This document shows positions 51,392-64,000 of a DNA stretch of 64,000 bases, piece after piece. The first letter of the stretch is position 1. Each line of letters starts with the position of its first letter. The notes below the pieces were generated by a model, which did not search any database, was not told where the DNA came from, and saw only the letters and a list, made by a program, of their open reading frames with translations. The stretch is from Hydrolagus affinis (lineage: Eukaryota), in the NCBI GenBank assembly GCA_012026655.1, contig JAAILG010000150.1, forward strand, positions 62,001-126,000. The letters are read 5' to 3'. The position numbers and the translations under genes are program-made.

Positions 51392-51563
51392 AACAACAAC
51401 AACAGCAACACAATATTACATTTGTATAGCACCTTGGATGCTTGGAGGATGTCCCAAGGTGCTGGTTAACCACCGATAATGTGTATTAAACTGGTAACTT
51501 CAGCACCTTGGGATGTCCTCCTGACGTGAAAGGCGCTATACAAGTATAATTTTGTTGTTGTTG
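51392..51563. repeat. Inverted pair of L2-type 3' tails
   Basis: Left (-) ...GGAGGATGTCCCAAGGTGCTG and right (+) CAGCACCTTGGGATGTCCTCC..., with outer (AAC)n/(GTT)n tails and a ~36-nt spacer. Confidence 0.85.
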
Positions 51564-53804
51564 TAGTAGTGGCATCACAGACACATCTTACAATAAACAC
51601 ATATATACAGTACATAATCGACAAATGTCTCTCTCCCCTGTGCCTCCATTATCAGTAAGTAGAATCATAGAAATTGCAGGGAGAAGGCTATTCAACCCAT
51701 TGGCACTAAGTTGGTGCAAACTCCTTCACTGGATTTCCAATTCCATGTTCTTTTCTTGTAACGCTTTATACTATCAACAAAAGCAACTTATGTTTATATA
51801 GTGCCTTTGATATCAGAAGGACATCCCAAGGCCCCATATCAAATGCAAGGTTTATAAAGGATTATTATATTGTCCTTTTATAGCTGTTTATTTAATTCCA
51901 TTTTAGATGTTGTTAAATCCTAAGATTGTGTCTCTAGTCACCAATTCACCAGTGGCAATAATCGTTCATTATATATTGTCTCAAAATCTTTTAAAACTTT
52001 GGTTCTACCAAGAACCATTAAAATTTTCTCCTTCACTGAAAATGGACGAATGTTTTGTGCATATGCTTATACTATAACTATAACTATAACCAGTCAGCCT
52101 CAGTATCAGAGTACTTAGTACTGTATACAATAAAGTTTCCAAAACTGCACACAGGACTGCAATTGATGCCTAACTAGCATTTTACAGAATAATAATAATA
52201 ATTGTTGCATTTGATATGGTGCCTTATCATGTTAAGATGTCTCAAACCGCGTCACCGAATATACTGTAAAGTGTAGTGACCGTACATTTTGTGGGAGAAG
52301 CTCGACGGCCAATTGCACTCAGCTACGTCTCTTCCGAAGGAAGGCAGTTCCAACAATGCAGCACAACCTCAGGACCACAGTGGAGTGTCAGATTAGACTG
52401 TGCAAGTTCACGACTTCCTACTCAAAAGTGAGAGCCAGGCTGACACTTCATCATGCCTTATCACGCTTTCAATAAGACTTTAAACTTATTTGTACTGGGC
52501 TACAGAGACTGCCACAGAGGGCTGGCTCGATTCCGACATTTGATTGCCATATAGGTCACATTGGAGCCAGTTCAGCTGTTCCACAAACAGTTATGGTTGG
52601 AGTAAACCAAATTGTTGTTATTTATTTATTTGCACTTTTTTTTGGAAGGGATTATTACCCCCGGAAAAGCGATCCGCCAATTTAGTTTAACATCATTTAC
52701 TTGTATTTGCTTCAACAGGATGGGAAGGAAAAGGAAAAGGCAGCACGAAAGCGACTGGTGAAGCTGTAGAGCCAGAACGCCAGAGGAAACATTACTTTAA
52801 AAAACACAAATGCAGTGTTCAAGTTGCGAAACAATCGCTTGTACAACATGCTGGGAGGATAAACATCCACGATCCTCATCTTTCATTCTTAAGTTAATAA
52901 AACAGCAAAATCCTTTTTTTTTCAGATAAATATGAATCCAGTAAAAGCAGCGGGCTCCTGAGTGCTTCGTATCTCAGCCAATTTGGTCTGCATCCCACTC
53001 TTTCCAAACAGTGTCATGGGATCCTTAACGTCTCATCTGCAGGAAGGCGCCACCAACAATGCTGTACAATCTCAACACCACACTGGAGAGACATCTTAGG
53101 CTATGTGAGTGCAAGTGATGGCGTGGGATTTGAACCCACAACTTTCTGACTCAGATATGAGAGCCATTCTGGCACTTCACAGCAATAATTGTGATTGCAT
53201 TTAACTGTTTATCAATGTATCTCTTTATCATGTCTTCAATTGAGAGAGAGCATTGGGGGGAGGAATCATATGGGAGATGAGGAAAGACAGAGATGAAGGA
53301 GAGATGGGACAAAATGTGGAGGTGGGAGGCCAGGGTGTGGAGGGAGGTGGGAGGGAGGCAGAAGCAACAGGGAGGATCCACACAATTTTGTGTCTGTGAA
53401 AGTCTAACACCTTTTTGCATTTGAAATTGGAGGGGAGGATGGATGGAGCATCGGATGATAGGTACAAGAAGCGATTAGGTTTGGATAAAAGGAGCCTGGG
53501 GTTGCCTCTAGGTCTCTAGATTGATTCTTTTCACAGAATTACTCTGCTCCATTGGTAGGTTGGGCCACCAGTCTTTCTGGTTTCACCCACTGGAACTCCA
53601 TCAGCCTCACTCTTCCCTTGCCTTCTTCAAGGCCTGTCTCAAGAATGTCTTCTTCAGCCTCCCTTCGGTCTTTTTCGCACCCGCATCCCCCATTGGCCTC
53701 CACCCTTCTTCACTCCTGTCCCAGGTTAGGTACACATCCTTCATTATCCAGCGGCTTGAAACATCCTCCCAATGTGCAAGTCGCTATATAAATGCAATTA
53801 AGTA

Positions 53805-54176
53805 TAATAATAATAATCCTTACATTTGATATAGTGCTTTTTTGCACATGTTCTAGACATCGCAAAGTGCTTCACAGGATATACTGTAGAGCGAATTGAC
53901 TGTATATTTTGTGGGCAAAATGTGGCAGCCAATTACACACAGCAGGGTCCTGCAAACAGTCATTGATTAAAGTGACAAATTTATTATGATTATCATTCTT
54001 TTTTGAAGGAATTATCACTCCCGGAAAAGCAATCCGCCAATTGACTAATAACCGGGTTCCTACTTACTGCCACGTGTGAAGTAAGGAAACTTTCCTAACA
54101 TTTTGCATTGCTGGGAATCGAACCCAGTTCTCCTGCTTGCGAGGCGAGTGATCTAACCACTGAGCTACAAGACTCC
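53805..54176 (-). mobile_element. SINE family A (long form), full length
   Basis: The reverse complement starts GGAGTCTTGTAGCTCAGTGGTTAGATCAC and includes GTAAGTAGGAACCCGG. Confidence 0.9.
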
Positions 54177-55859
54177 ATGATTTGTTGTTGTTGTGGCTCC
54201 AATTACTTTCTCTTTCAAGCTCTGTCATAGTAATTATTTTGCAATCTAAGTACTGCAGTAAGTTCAAAATTCTCAACTGATGATAATAAAATAATAAATA
54301 GTTAATAATAAAATCGAAAAACAATATACACTTCATTCACTTCAGCTTATAACAACATAAGTAATTTTGTTCTGCAGGTTACAGCATAGTTTCAGTTAGT
54401 AAGAATCTGTCAGTATGTTTCCTTCCATCTGATCAAATACCCCTCTGAAATAAGGATTTTTACATTCCCGGCATCCATTCGAGAGTCACCTGACAGACCA
54501 TCAACTGAAACCATTCAAACCGGGATTATATCTGCAGAAGGTATAGGACAATACCCACAAGATGTTTTCCAAACCTTCTTCAGAATTTGGCAGATACAGA
54601 TTGTGGAGCTCTTGTGAAATTTGCACTAGGAGTTAACTGGTTGGAGTTCGTATTATTCTAACTTTCCATCTTCACTGTGCAACATCTTTTTGGGCTAAAA
54701 GGCCACCTCCAATGTCGAGATTTTTACAATTTTATGATTGTTTGGAAATAAATGAACAATAAAAATAAGAGAAGCTTTTTGAGAAATATATCCTACGTGA
54801 AAAAATGCTAGTTGTAAATCCCCAAAAAGGCACAGTAGATAATCTTTAGTAAGATGGATCTGCATTCTGGCTCTTACATCTAACCATTGGAGCTTGTTTT
54901 TCAGCAATTCATGTTCTTTAAACAAAATACAGAATTAAAATATTCAAAGTGAATCTGTTTGTACATAATCAGATGTGATTCTGAGAGTGTGTTTGGTGTG
55001 GGATACAGGGAGATGATGAGAAAGATACACTGCATTGCCCTTTTGTGTAACAGGAACATCACACTTTCGCCATTTTATTTCTTTGTGACATGATTTATCG
55101 CCCACTAAGCTTTAAACCTGATAAAGCAAATTAATCTTTTATTGCAGGAGCCACCAGAGGTTGCCATTAGGAATGTGATTTGGTAAGCTGGCGTGTGTTT
55201 CATTTACCAGCTCTGCTGAAATGAGAGCCCAGCAGGGATGACTAACTGCAGCTTCAGACAGAGATGGGCCTGGGAGGCTCAGCTAGACACTTTCAACTCT
55301 CAAATACTGCTTCGCAGCATAGCCTACCTTTTACAAATGGATTTGCTCCTGATGCCAAGATGACTAAAGAAGCTGGCATGAACAGCACGATGCTAGCATA
55401 AATCTCTGCTCATTTTATCTAGGCTGAGCTATCCAGAATACCATTGTACACTAAGGCTAAATCAAATATCACCTTAATATTTTTCAAATACTCTCTTTTT
55501 GGAATATAAATTCCAGGCACCTTACCGTTTCTTCTGGGATTCAGTGTGAATGCATTATAATCTTCATTGCGATCACAGAAATGCAAAGTTGATTGTTGTA
55601 GTGCCCTGGCCCTTTTGTGCAATGAAATAACAATTCCTGGACTTTACAAAACAGTTGAAATGAATAAAACTACTGATGTAACAAAAAGCTGATTTAACTA
55701 TTTAGTGACTGAATCAGTTTTCAGGTTTTCTTGAACAGAGCATTAAGTTTCCTTCTCACCCTTCCTTCGGCCATGTTTCCAGCTTCTGCCCCTATCTTCA
55801 GAACGGCATTTGTCTTCATTATGCAAAGTGAGAACAGTGGTCCTTCAGCTTTAGACTCC

Positions 55860-56045
55860 TTAGAATCATAGAATCTTACCAGATAGAAGGAAACCATTCA
55901 GCCCATCGTGCCTATGCTGGCTCTTTGGAAGAGCTACCCTTTCGGTCCCACTCCCCCGCTCTTTCCCTATAACCCCTGCAAACGTTTCCTTTTCCAGTAC
56001 CTATCTAATTCTCTTTTGAAAGTTGTTATCGAATCTGCCTCTTCA
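55860..56045 (-). mobile_element. CR1-clade LINE 3' end
   Basis: TAGAATCATAGAATC tail and CATTCAGCCCATC terminal motif; matches the reverse complement of 60030-60195. Confidence 0.8.
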
Positions 56046-56984
56046 AGCAATTTGAAGAGGCAGTTGAAATGAATAACTTCTTGATTGATTATGTTTTGAA
56101 TGTTAAACATTTTCCCAATTTCACTCGCTTTTATTTTGCATGTCTCAGGTGTGGTACAGTGTCACGCTTATATACCTTCACTGATCACCATCCCACCATT
56201 CACGATGAGGTCACATGCAGGCTGAAGGTCTTATGGACAGAATGAGCATGGATCTGAAGAACTATATCAGCATTAAAGGAACTATTTTCGGTTTAAAACA
56301 TGACTAGAATCCCTTTGCGCTGCCAAAGCAATCTTTTTAAATCTCTAATTAACTTATGTGCAACTTCATTAAATTACCACCTGGTTTTGTGAATTGCTTA
56401 ATACTTACTCTTGGTTTCCTTTGTGTTTGACAGCTAGTTAATTGAGAATGAAGAGCTCATTACTAAGTTTCAGTTGCACCCTTTGAGTACCTTTCACAAA
56501 TGATCTTTATCCAATGAACATAACAGTGATCATAATAATTAAGGAACTGTACAGGACTGGTGTAATTGTCTTAAATCAGAGAAAGCTAAGTCTTTTAATA
56601 ATCCTTGCAAGTTAATACAACACCTGATCATGTTGTCGATGAATCGCAGAGTGGTTGCAGGATGTTACTATGAATTGTAGTGACTGTGTATTTGAAGGCT
56701 AACACAACAGCCATATTGCACACAGTGCCCTGATAGAGGACTTCAATATTATGAACAATAACAACAGCTTGCATTTATATAGCTCACGGGTAACATCACT
56801 GAACACTTAAATGAATGATTATGATACGGTAAAAAATAACCTTATCCACAAGTCAATGAAAAATATATTCAATATAAAGACAAAAAGAATGAAAGATTTA
56901 TGGATTTCTTCAAGAGGCTGGTTGGATTGTGCTAGACTATAAATTATTTTAAAAGAGAATTAAACAGGTGCTTGAAGAGGCAGA

Positions 56985-57572
56985 ATAATAAATAATAATA
57001 ATAATAATCCTTGTATTTGATACAGTGCCTTATCACACCTTCTGGACATCTCAAAGCACTTCACAAAATATACTGTAAAGTGAATTGACTGTATATCTTG
57101 AAGGCAAATTATTATTGTTGCTATTGTTTCGCCCACGAATATACAGTCAACTCACTTGACAGTATATTCTGTGAAGCGCTTTGAGATATCTAGAAGATGT
57201 GAGAAGCGCTATATCGAATGCAAGGATTAATGTTATTAATGCTGTGGAGTCCTGTAGCTCAGTGGTTAGAACACTCACCCTACAAGCAAGAGACATGGGT
57301 TCAATTCCAGGCAGGGCGAAAGCTTGGGCAAGTTTTTTTACTCCACACACCTAATAATAATCCCTCAAGAAAAAAAACAATAATAATTTGGTCATTTTAA
57401 TTCACGACTGTTTGTGGGACACTGCTGTGCACAATTGGCTGCCATATTTTGCCCACATATATACAGTCAATTCACTTTACAGTATATTCTGTGAAGCGCT
57501 TTGAGACATCTAGAAGATGCGAAAAGCACTATTTCAAGCACTATTTCAAATTCAAAGATTATGATTATTATT
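56985..57572. mobile_element. SINE family A cluster: 3' half (-) 56985-57105, 3' half (+) 57128-57240, full length (+) 57246-57572
   Basis: Direct matches. The last copy has a 12-bp tandem duplication (AAGCACTATTTC) in its tail. Confidence 0.9.
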
Positions 57573-57719
57573 AGAGGGTGCAGGGAGTGAACAGGAGAGG
57601 GATAAAAATCAATGGCTGATGTGGTTGGATCAGGAGATCAACATCACCAGATCAGGAGAACTTTCACATTCAATTGCTGATCTTTGCTGAATGAGTTGCT
57701 CCCAATGAAGGCAGCTTGT

Positions 57720-57965
57720 TAAGACGTCTCAAAGTGCTTCACAGGATATACTGTAAAGTGGATTGACCGTGCATTGTGCGGGTGAATCGCAGCAGCATAA
57801 TTGTGCACAGCAATGTCCCACAAATGGCTAATTTTATTTGGGGGATTGTTGGCTAGGATACTGGGAGAGACTCCTTTCTCTTTGTGAACAGTGTCATGGC
57901 ATCTTAAATCCATCAGCACAGGCAGGTGGGACTTTGTTCGAAGGACTGCACTTCTGTCAGCGCAG
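57720..57965 (-). mobile_element. Deu-domain SINE fragment
   Basis: GGATTGTTGGCTAGGATACTGGGAGAGACTCC...CAGTGTCATGGCATCTT. Confidence 0.7.
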
Positions 57966-59514
57966 CACCCACCCCACGCTCAAAATGCACTTCACTAAAA
58001 TTCAACTGAGAATAGTGCAACTTGCAACTGTGTCAAAAAAGTGCAAACAATAATAATAATCGTTCCATTTTATATACCGCCTTGTCACATTGTTGAAACG
58101 GCTGAAACAGCTCCACAGGAAATATGGTATGTGTATTTTGTGGTCAGATTGTAAAGAAACAACACTGCAACAAAAATACCAATATAAGCAATGTAATGGA
58201 GAGGGGGGGAATCGGGATCATTAGATATACTGGGTAAGATAGGCCAAAATGAAGATTAGAAGATTCGGCACTTACCATCTCAAACTTCAGCTGCTGTGCT
58301 ACAAGATTCAATGAGACAGATCGGAACAGGTAGAACACAGGGATGCAACCAGAAGAGACACTAATAAGCTGTACTTAACAAACAGCAATAAATTTTGGTA
58401 TAAATTATACTTATTACTAATCTGCATGATCCTCAGATTGATGGTGATGAATGAGGAAACATAATAAGCAGCAACTCTGCAAGTTAATCACTGTGTCTGA
58501 GCAATAGGAAACACTTAATTACTCTCATTTACAATATTCAATCTAATGAGCAGCATTAGCAAAATCAAAAGTATTCGGAGCAAAACTGTTACAGTATAAT
58601 TAAAGAAAACTCTGACAATGCAGGTGACAACATATACAAGATGAATTATCTTAACATCAAGAATGCTGAGCTTTTTTCACCAGTGATCACATGTGGTGCA
58701 CTGGGAACAGTGCATTTTATCAGTCCGAGCAGGATGTCATAAATCACTTCACTGCTGCAAACTTCTGGATTATTCAATGCAGCACTTTTCCACGATAATG
58801 TGTTTCGTGAGATTCCCTTGTGGATTAAGGATACCTCCCATTGCCACACGATGCAATGTAGAGCAGAAGGTTGCGGCAGTTTCAGATGTACATGAGCTGA
58901 ATTTTCAAGGTAAGATTTTATAACAACAGTAGAAATGCAAAGGAAACTATGATGGACTCTGTCAAACTATCAACCAAGTTCACTGAGTCAGAAAGAAACA
59001 TTGGTTAATTTATCATCTGGAATCTTCTAGTAAAGTACCGACGGCCACACAAAAATATGTTTTTTTTCCCCAAAAAAAGTATTTTGCTGTGTTTTTTATT
59101 TCTAAAAGGAAAAGGTCAAAATAGATCCAGTATTGCTTTGAGTGATTATAATAATAATAATAATAATCCTTGCATTTGGCATAACATATCATTGAGACAT
59201 CTTGAAACGCTTCACAGAACATACTGAAAACTGAATTGACTGTATATACTGTGGGCGAAATTACTGCAGTCATTTGAAATTATTCTAAGTAAAGATCCAG
59301 CAAAATTGTTACCAACTGAAATAGTAGAATTAACAGGTATAACTCAGAACACAAGGAATTGATCTGATAGCACGATAGGTCACAACAATTCTATTTGTTG
59401 CATCATTTGCAAGTGGTGCGAAGTTACTGTTAAATCTAGTATTTAAGTTTCACCTTTCTGTAGCTCTTTAATATTTTACTGACACAGAAGTCCTTTCTAC
59501 AGATATCAGATGAA

Positions 59515-60195
59515 AAAATATATGTAATTTTTTAAGGTGGCAGGACAAGTTGACAAAGCTGTTAAAAAAGCATACAAGTCCCTTGGCTTTATAAACAGAG
59601 GTATAGAGTGTAAAACCATGGAGGTTAAGCTGAAAGTATACAAATCGCTGGTTACAAATCTCAGATGGAGTACTGTGTCCAACCACACTTTAGGAAGGAA
59701 GTCAGGGCCTTGGAGAGGGTAGAGAGGAGATTTATAAGAATGATATCAGGGATGAGGGATTTCAATGATGTGGAGAGGCTAGAAGTGGCTGGGGTTATTC
59801 TCCTCAAAGATTGAGGGGAGTTTTAATAGAGATGCTCAAAATATGAGGGACTTTGAAAGAATGGATCAGGAGAAAATGTTTCCTCTGGTGAATGGGTCTG
59901 TAACCAGAGGACACAAATTTAAGATAATTGGCAAAAGAACCAGAGAGGAGTTGAGGAGAATTTTGTGTATCAAGAGTTATCACAGTTTGAAATACACTGC
60001 GAAAAAATGGTGGTGGAAGCAGATTTGCTAATAGCTTTCAAAAGGGAATTGGATAGATATTAAAAAGGAAAAAATGGTACGGCTGTGAGGTAAAAGCTGG
60101 GGAATGGGACTAGTTGGATAGTTCATTTAAGAGCCAGCACAGGCATGATGGGCTGAATGGCCTCCTTCTGTGCTGTATGATTCTTTGATTCTATG
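59515..60195 (+). mobile_element. CR1-clade LINE 3' end (ORF2 C-terminus, UTR and tail)
   Basis: ORF text VDKAVKKAYKSLGFINRGIECKTMEVKLKVYKSLV and TRGHKFKI; terminal GGGCTGAATGGCCTCCTTCTGTGCTGTATGATTCTTTGATTCT. Confidence 0.92.
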
Positions 60196-61309
60196 AATTG
60201 TAGATGGAGAATGTAATTCCACAACATTGCTTTCAGATAGGCCAAGGGTTGTGAGCGCTGAGTATATATAGGGGATGTCAGAAAAGATTTCTTTATAAAC
60301 AGGATAATTAACATTTTAAAAGATCACCATTGTGTTGATTAAAAGCTGGATGATGCAATAGGAAATCAGTAGTGTAAGTATTCTGGAAGGATCAATTTAA
60401 ACAGCCATTAGTCACAACCACTCTTGAGATCTGGTGATGTAAAAGCTAAATAAACGTCAACCAGCAAACAGCAATACCTTCAAGAGTTTTCCAAGCGTTG
60501 TGAGTGTAGTTAAGAGCTGAATATTCATGAATCGTGCTTTTGTGGATAAGCAAACAATGCAGATAATTGGACAAAACACTAAATACAAAACAGCTACAGC
60601 ACCAATAGAACAATATTTCATCAGAAGTTACACTGATAATGTATAAGTATAGGTCTGGATTATAGTGCCCCATCTCCAATTTTATATAGGAGCCCTGTGC
60701 AGATAAGTGGTTATGTGATGATTGGTGTGTGCACAATCATGTTCTACTGTATATTGTTTCTCAGTGGTAAAAAGTTACAGGTGCCACACTGATTAGCACT
60801 GGCCACCTCTCATTTCATTAGTGTGAAAAATCAAGACAGTAATTTGAGTTACTCAGCAGATTCATTGCTAGTTGAATCTTTCCAAGATAAGGATTTGCCA
60901 GTCACAGATGGCCTGAGTGGATCACAGAGACAGCATGTTGAAAAGCACAATAGAAACCCAGCACAATCCACCAATCTAAGTTTACGGTTTCAAAATGGCA
61001 CAGTAACAAGCTCCATAGGAGAGATCACAATAACAATCCTTGTATTTGATACGAAACGTATAATGATGAAACGTCTCAAAGTACTTCAAAGATAACTGCT
61101 ACCAAATTTAGCAACTGAATTATAGGCAAGTCATTTTGTGCAGAGCAAGATACGACAAACAGTGAATGATCAAGTTATCTGGAGGATTGTTGGCCAAAAC
61201 ACTGCAAATTAAGCTCCCAAATTTGTGAAAAGACAGTTTTAACATCAGAACAGGCAAATCTTTAAATGATCTACTCATCCAAATAACAGGAACTCCAACA
61301 ACACAACAC

Positions 61310-61560
61310 TACAACAACAACAATTACACTGGTATAGCGCCTATTCATGTTGGGAGGATGTTCCAAGTCACTAGACCATAAGGAATTTGGACCCAAGCGT
61401 GTGGTTGGGATCAGGAGGGGAGGAGGGTGGGAAGGTAGGTAAAGGAGGATGGCTGAAAGCACAGTCGAGAAGGAGGGTCTTGAGCTATGCCTTGAAGAAT
61501 ACAAGGAAAGGAGCAAGGCAAAGTGACTGAGGTAGAGAATTCCAAAGAGTGGGGACAGGG
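61310..61560 (-). mobile_element. L2 3' end with (AAC)n tail
   Basis: Parallels 29170-29340 and the reverse complement of 48560-48770. Confidence 0.75.
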
Positions 61561-61854
61561 CACTACCTCAGTACTGCACTGAAATGTCAGCCTGACTTGA
61601 AAATTCCTGATGTGGATCTTGAACCCACAACTGACAGACCAACAGAAAACAGTTTTAATAACTGAGCCACAACTGACAAGTTGAATTTGTTGATGTGAAA
61701 TCTCAGTATTCACATGCTTACCCATATTAAAGAAAATGCCTCAAGGATGATAGATAGATAGATGTATAACCAGAAGATAAATGGAAACCTTCAATTCACT
61801 TGATAGCCATTGATAATAGAAGGCCAACAAAACTCTAGGACAACAGATAAAGTG

Positions 61855-62062
61855 TAATAATAATAAATGAATAATAATCCTTGCATTTGATATAGCACTT
61901 TTCACATCTTCTCAAAGCTCTTCACAGAATATACTGTAAAGTATTTTTTTTCTTGAGGGATTATTATGAGGCATGTGGAGTAAGGAAACTTACCTGCCGG
62001 GAAACAAACCCTGGTCTCTGGCTTGAAAAGCAAGTGCTCTAATCACTGGGCAATTGGACTCC
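61855..62062 (-). mobile_element. SINE family A with internal deletions
   Basis: Tail and head are recognisable. Confidence 0.8.
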
Positions 62063-63269
62063 ATAATGTAATATATAGTGTAAGAAAGATGTGACCAAAA
62101 CTGTGGAATCTCTTTGTTCAAAACAAATGTCTACAGCACAAACCCAGCAATGGTTCAGATCAATTACATGTAAACCAATGTGTTTTTCTCTCTATAGAAC
62201 GGTAATGAAAACAATTAACTTTTAGAGTGCAAACATTTTAGGTACCTTAATGAAGGCTGCTTATTATATATTGGTCTATGATCTTCCCTGATGATCTGTA
62301 TTAATCCTTCCATCAACTCCTGAATATATTTTTTGCAATAATCCTTAGAGAACTATTCGAACACAAGAGCGTTGCAAAGCAAGGAAAAAACAGATAATGG
62401 AAACTGTGTTTCATTGTGGCTCACCTCCAACACATCAAATGTCCTGAGAGAGGTCACTAACTCCACGTAAACTGTGATGGCTTTTCCCCCACCATTCAAC
62501 ATAGCCTTGTCAACCTTAGGATAGAAATTCACTATTCCACCTCACAGTTAACTCCAACCCTGCAAGTCAAAGCATTAAAGGGTTGAATGATCCAAACTGA
62601 ACTAATATTTTAGAGGAAATCAAATTTTACCTCTAGTTTCAGTTGAGGCACATATATTTAGTATCTCTCATGTGACGATCAGCACTAAGCATAACTTTAA
62701 GCATGTTAAGACTTAAATCTGATCTGCTCACAACTATTCAACTCACTGAATATTTGTCTTCGGTCAGTCAGTTGTCTGACACATGTGGAAGGAAACCCAT
62801 GACGATTATTTAAGTTTATCAAGATCAGACTGAACGTTTGGTAGGTCAGGGTATTAAGAGATAAGGGGAGAAAGCAGGAAATTGGAATTGAAAGGATTTG
62901 TTGAGATAAAGATCAGCTAGGATCTAATTAAATGACAGAACAGGCTCAAATGGCTGAATGGCCTACTCTTGTTCTTATGTTCCTGTATGTATGCCACACC
63001 TCAACAACATCAAGCTAGTTGTCACATCACAAGCTGATCTGTAAAAAGGTCCTCCCGCTATGTTGGAGGCAGATTTGTGGAGCTTTGTGGTATAGTGGTA
63101 AGAGCAATTGTCTTGTAAGAGAGAGGACCTGAGTTAGATTCTCAGACAGGGCAAAACGTTGGGTAAATTTCCATACTCCACATTACTCAGTTTATGTAGT
63201 AGTAAATAGAAAGCTGGTGAATTGACTCTAGTGATATATTTGGCAACAGAATGTCATAATCATGTCTGT

Positions 63270-63665
63270 TCTACCTGGCGATCTTGGTAATACGGTGTGT
63301 GATCCAGGCAGGACCAAAGTATTCCTGGGCACTGCTGTTGACACCAGCAACAACAACAACAACAAATTACAGCAGAGCCAAAGAAAAGAAACAAGAAGAA
63401 ACCCGCAAAATACCGTAGATACTGGAAAACTGAAACAAAAACAGAAATCGCTGGGAACACTCAGCAGGTCAGGCAGCATCTCTGGAGAAAGAAAAAGTGA
63501 GTCGACATTTTGGGTCCACGACGCTTCGTGGACAGACAGCCTGGCTCATCAGCAGGACTTGGAAGGGCAGATCAGTCACTGGGGGAGCAGGGAATCATCC
63601 CACTCAGCTCCTGTTGACCCTGTAAGCCAAAGACCTAACAGGTAGGATGATCCCAGCTGGAGAAG
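63270..63665 (-). repeat. Repeat family B 3' part, split by an insertion at ~63346-63534
   Basis: 63300-63345 and 63535-63665 match contiguous parts of 16860-17040 in reverse complement. Confidence 0.7.
63400..63535 (-). mobile_element. Penelope-like element terminal fragment with a decayed hammerhead motif
   Basis: ACTCAGCAGGTCAGGCAGCATCTCTGGAG...GTCGACATTTTGGGTC matches a repeat I recall as common in cartilaginous fishes. The minus strand reads tCCACGA-agcgtcgtggaccc-AAAAtgtc where CTGANGA...GAAACGTC is expected. Confidence 0.55.
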
Positions 63666-64000
63666 TTTCCCAGCACGGGTGCAGAGTTAAAAATTCTAAA
63701 AGGTTTTGATAAGGTTAACATAAATAGGTTGTTTCCACTGATTGGGGAATCCAAGGCCAGAGGACATAAATATAGCGACTTGAGGATCTACAAGATAATT
63801 TAGTAGGTATTACTTCAGATTGTGGAACTTATAGAGAGAGGGTAATACAGAGGTTTGGGGAAGGGTAAGGAATGGGTGAGGACTCGCGAGGAGTGTAGAC
63901 ACCAGCACTGACTGCTTGGATTGAGTGATTTTGTGGTATAGATTAATTGTAAATCTTGGTAAACCTAATTGGTTTACTCATTCAGTATTTTCCCGTCATT

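Noticed and set aside
58827-58930. U12-type donor GTATCCTT on the minus strand after a weak exon-16-like segment
   Set aside because: An 8-mer can occur by chance in 64 kb, the exon similarity is poor, and I am unsure of the minor-intron position in this family.
1-64000. CRISPR arrays, operons or other prokaryotic systems
   Set aside because: The sequence is vertebrate. The recurring motifs are dispersed SINE/LINE copies, not regularly spaced repeats.

Overview
This is vertebrate nuclear DNA, AT-rich and dense in repeats. The repeat inventory (an abundant tRNA-derived SINE with an L2-type tail, Deu-domain SINEs, and L2, CR1 and Penelope fragments) suggests a cartilaginous fish, probably a chimaera such as Callorhinchus; that is an inference. 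I found no intact protein-coding gene, and the supplied ORFs are chance ORFs or LINE remnants. The main result is a set of minus-strand exon remnants of an exportin-7-family gene most similar to RANBP17. Three are clear (14647-14736, 4223-4303, 995-1202) and one or two are heavily decayed. They lie in the correct order, the clear three have the expected splice phases, and each of those carries stops and/or frameshifts, so this is an intron-containing pseudogene. The rest of the window is former intron sequence containing several repeat-free, CpG-retaining, TAAT-rich islands. This fits a dead bystander gene whose introns persist as a regulatory block, since RANBP17 neighbours TLX3 in other vertebrates. 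Also present: an unclassified ~600-bp repeat family, several fold-back structures, a small CpG-rich TA-flanked insertion and a 100-N assembly gap. Repeat boundaries are approximate (about 10-30 bp). Protein comparisons and exon numbers come from my recollection of human XPO7/RANBP17, not from a database search.
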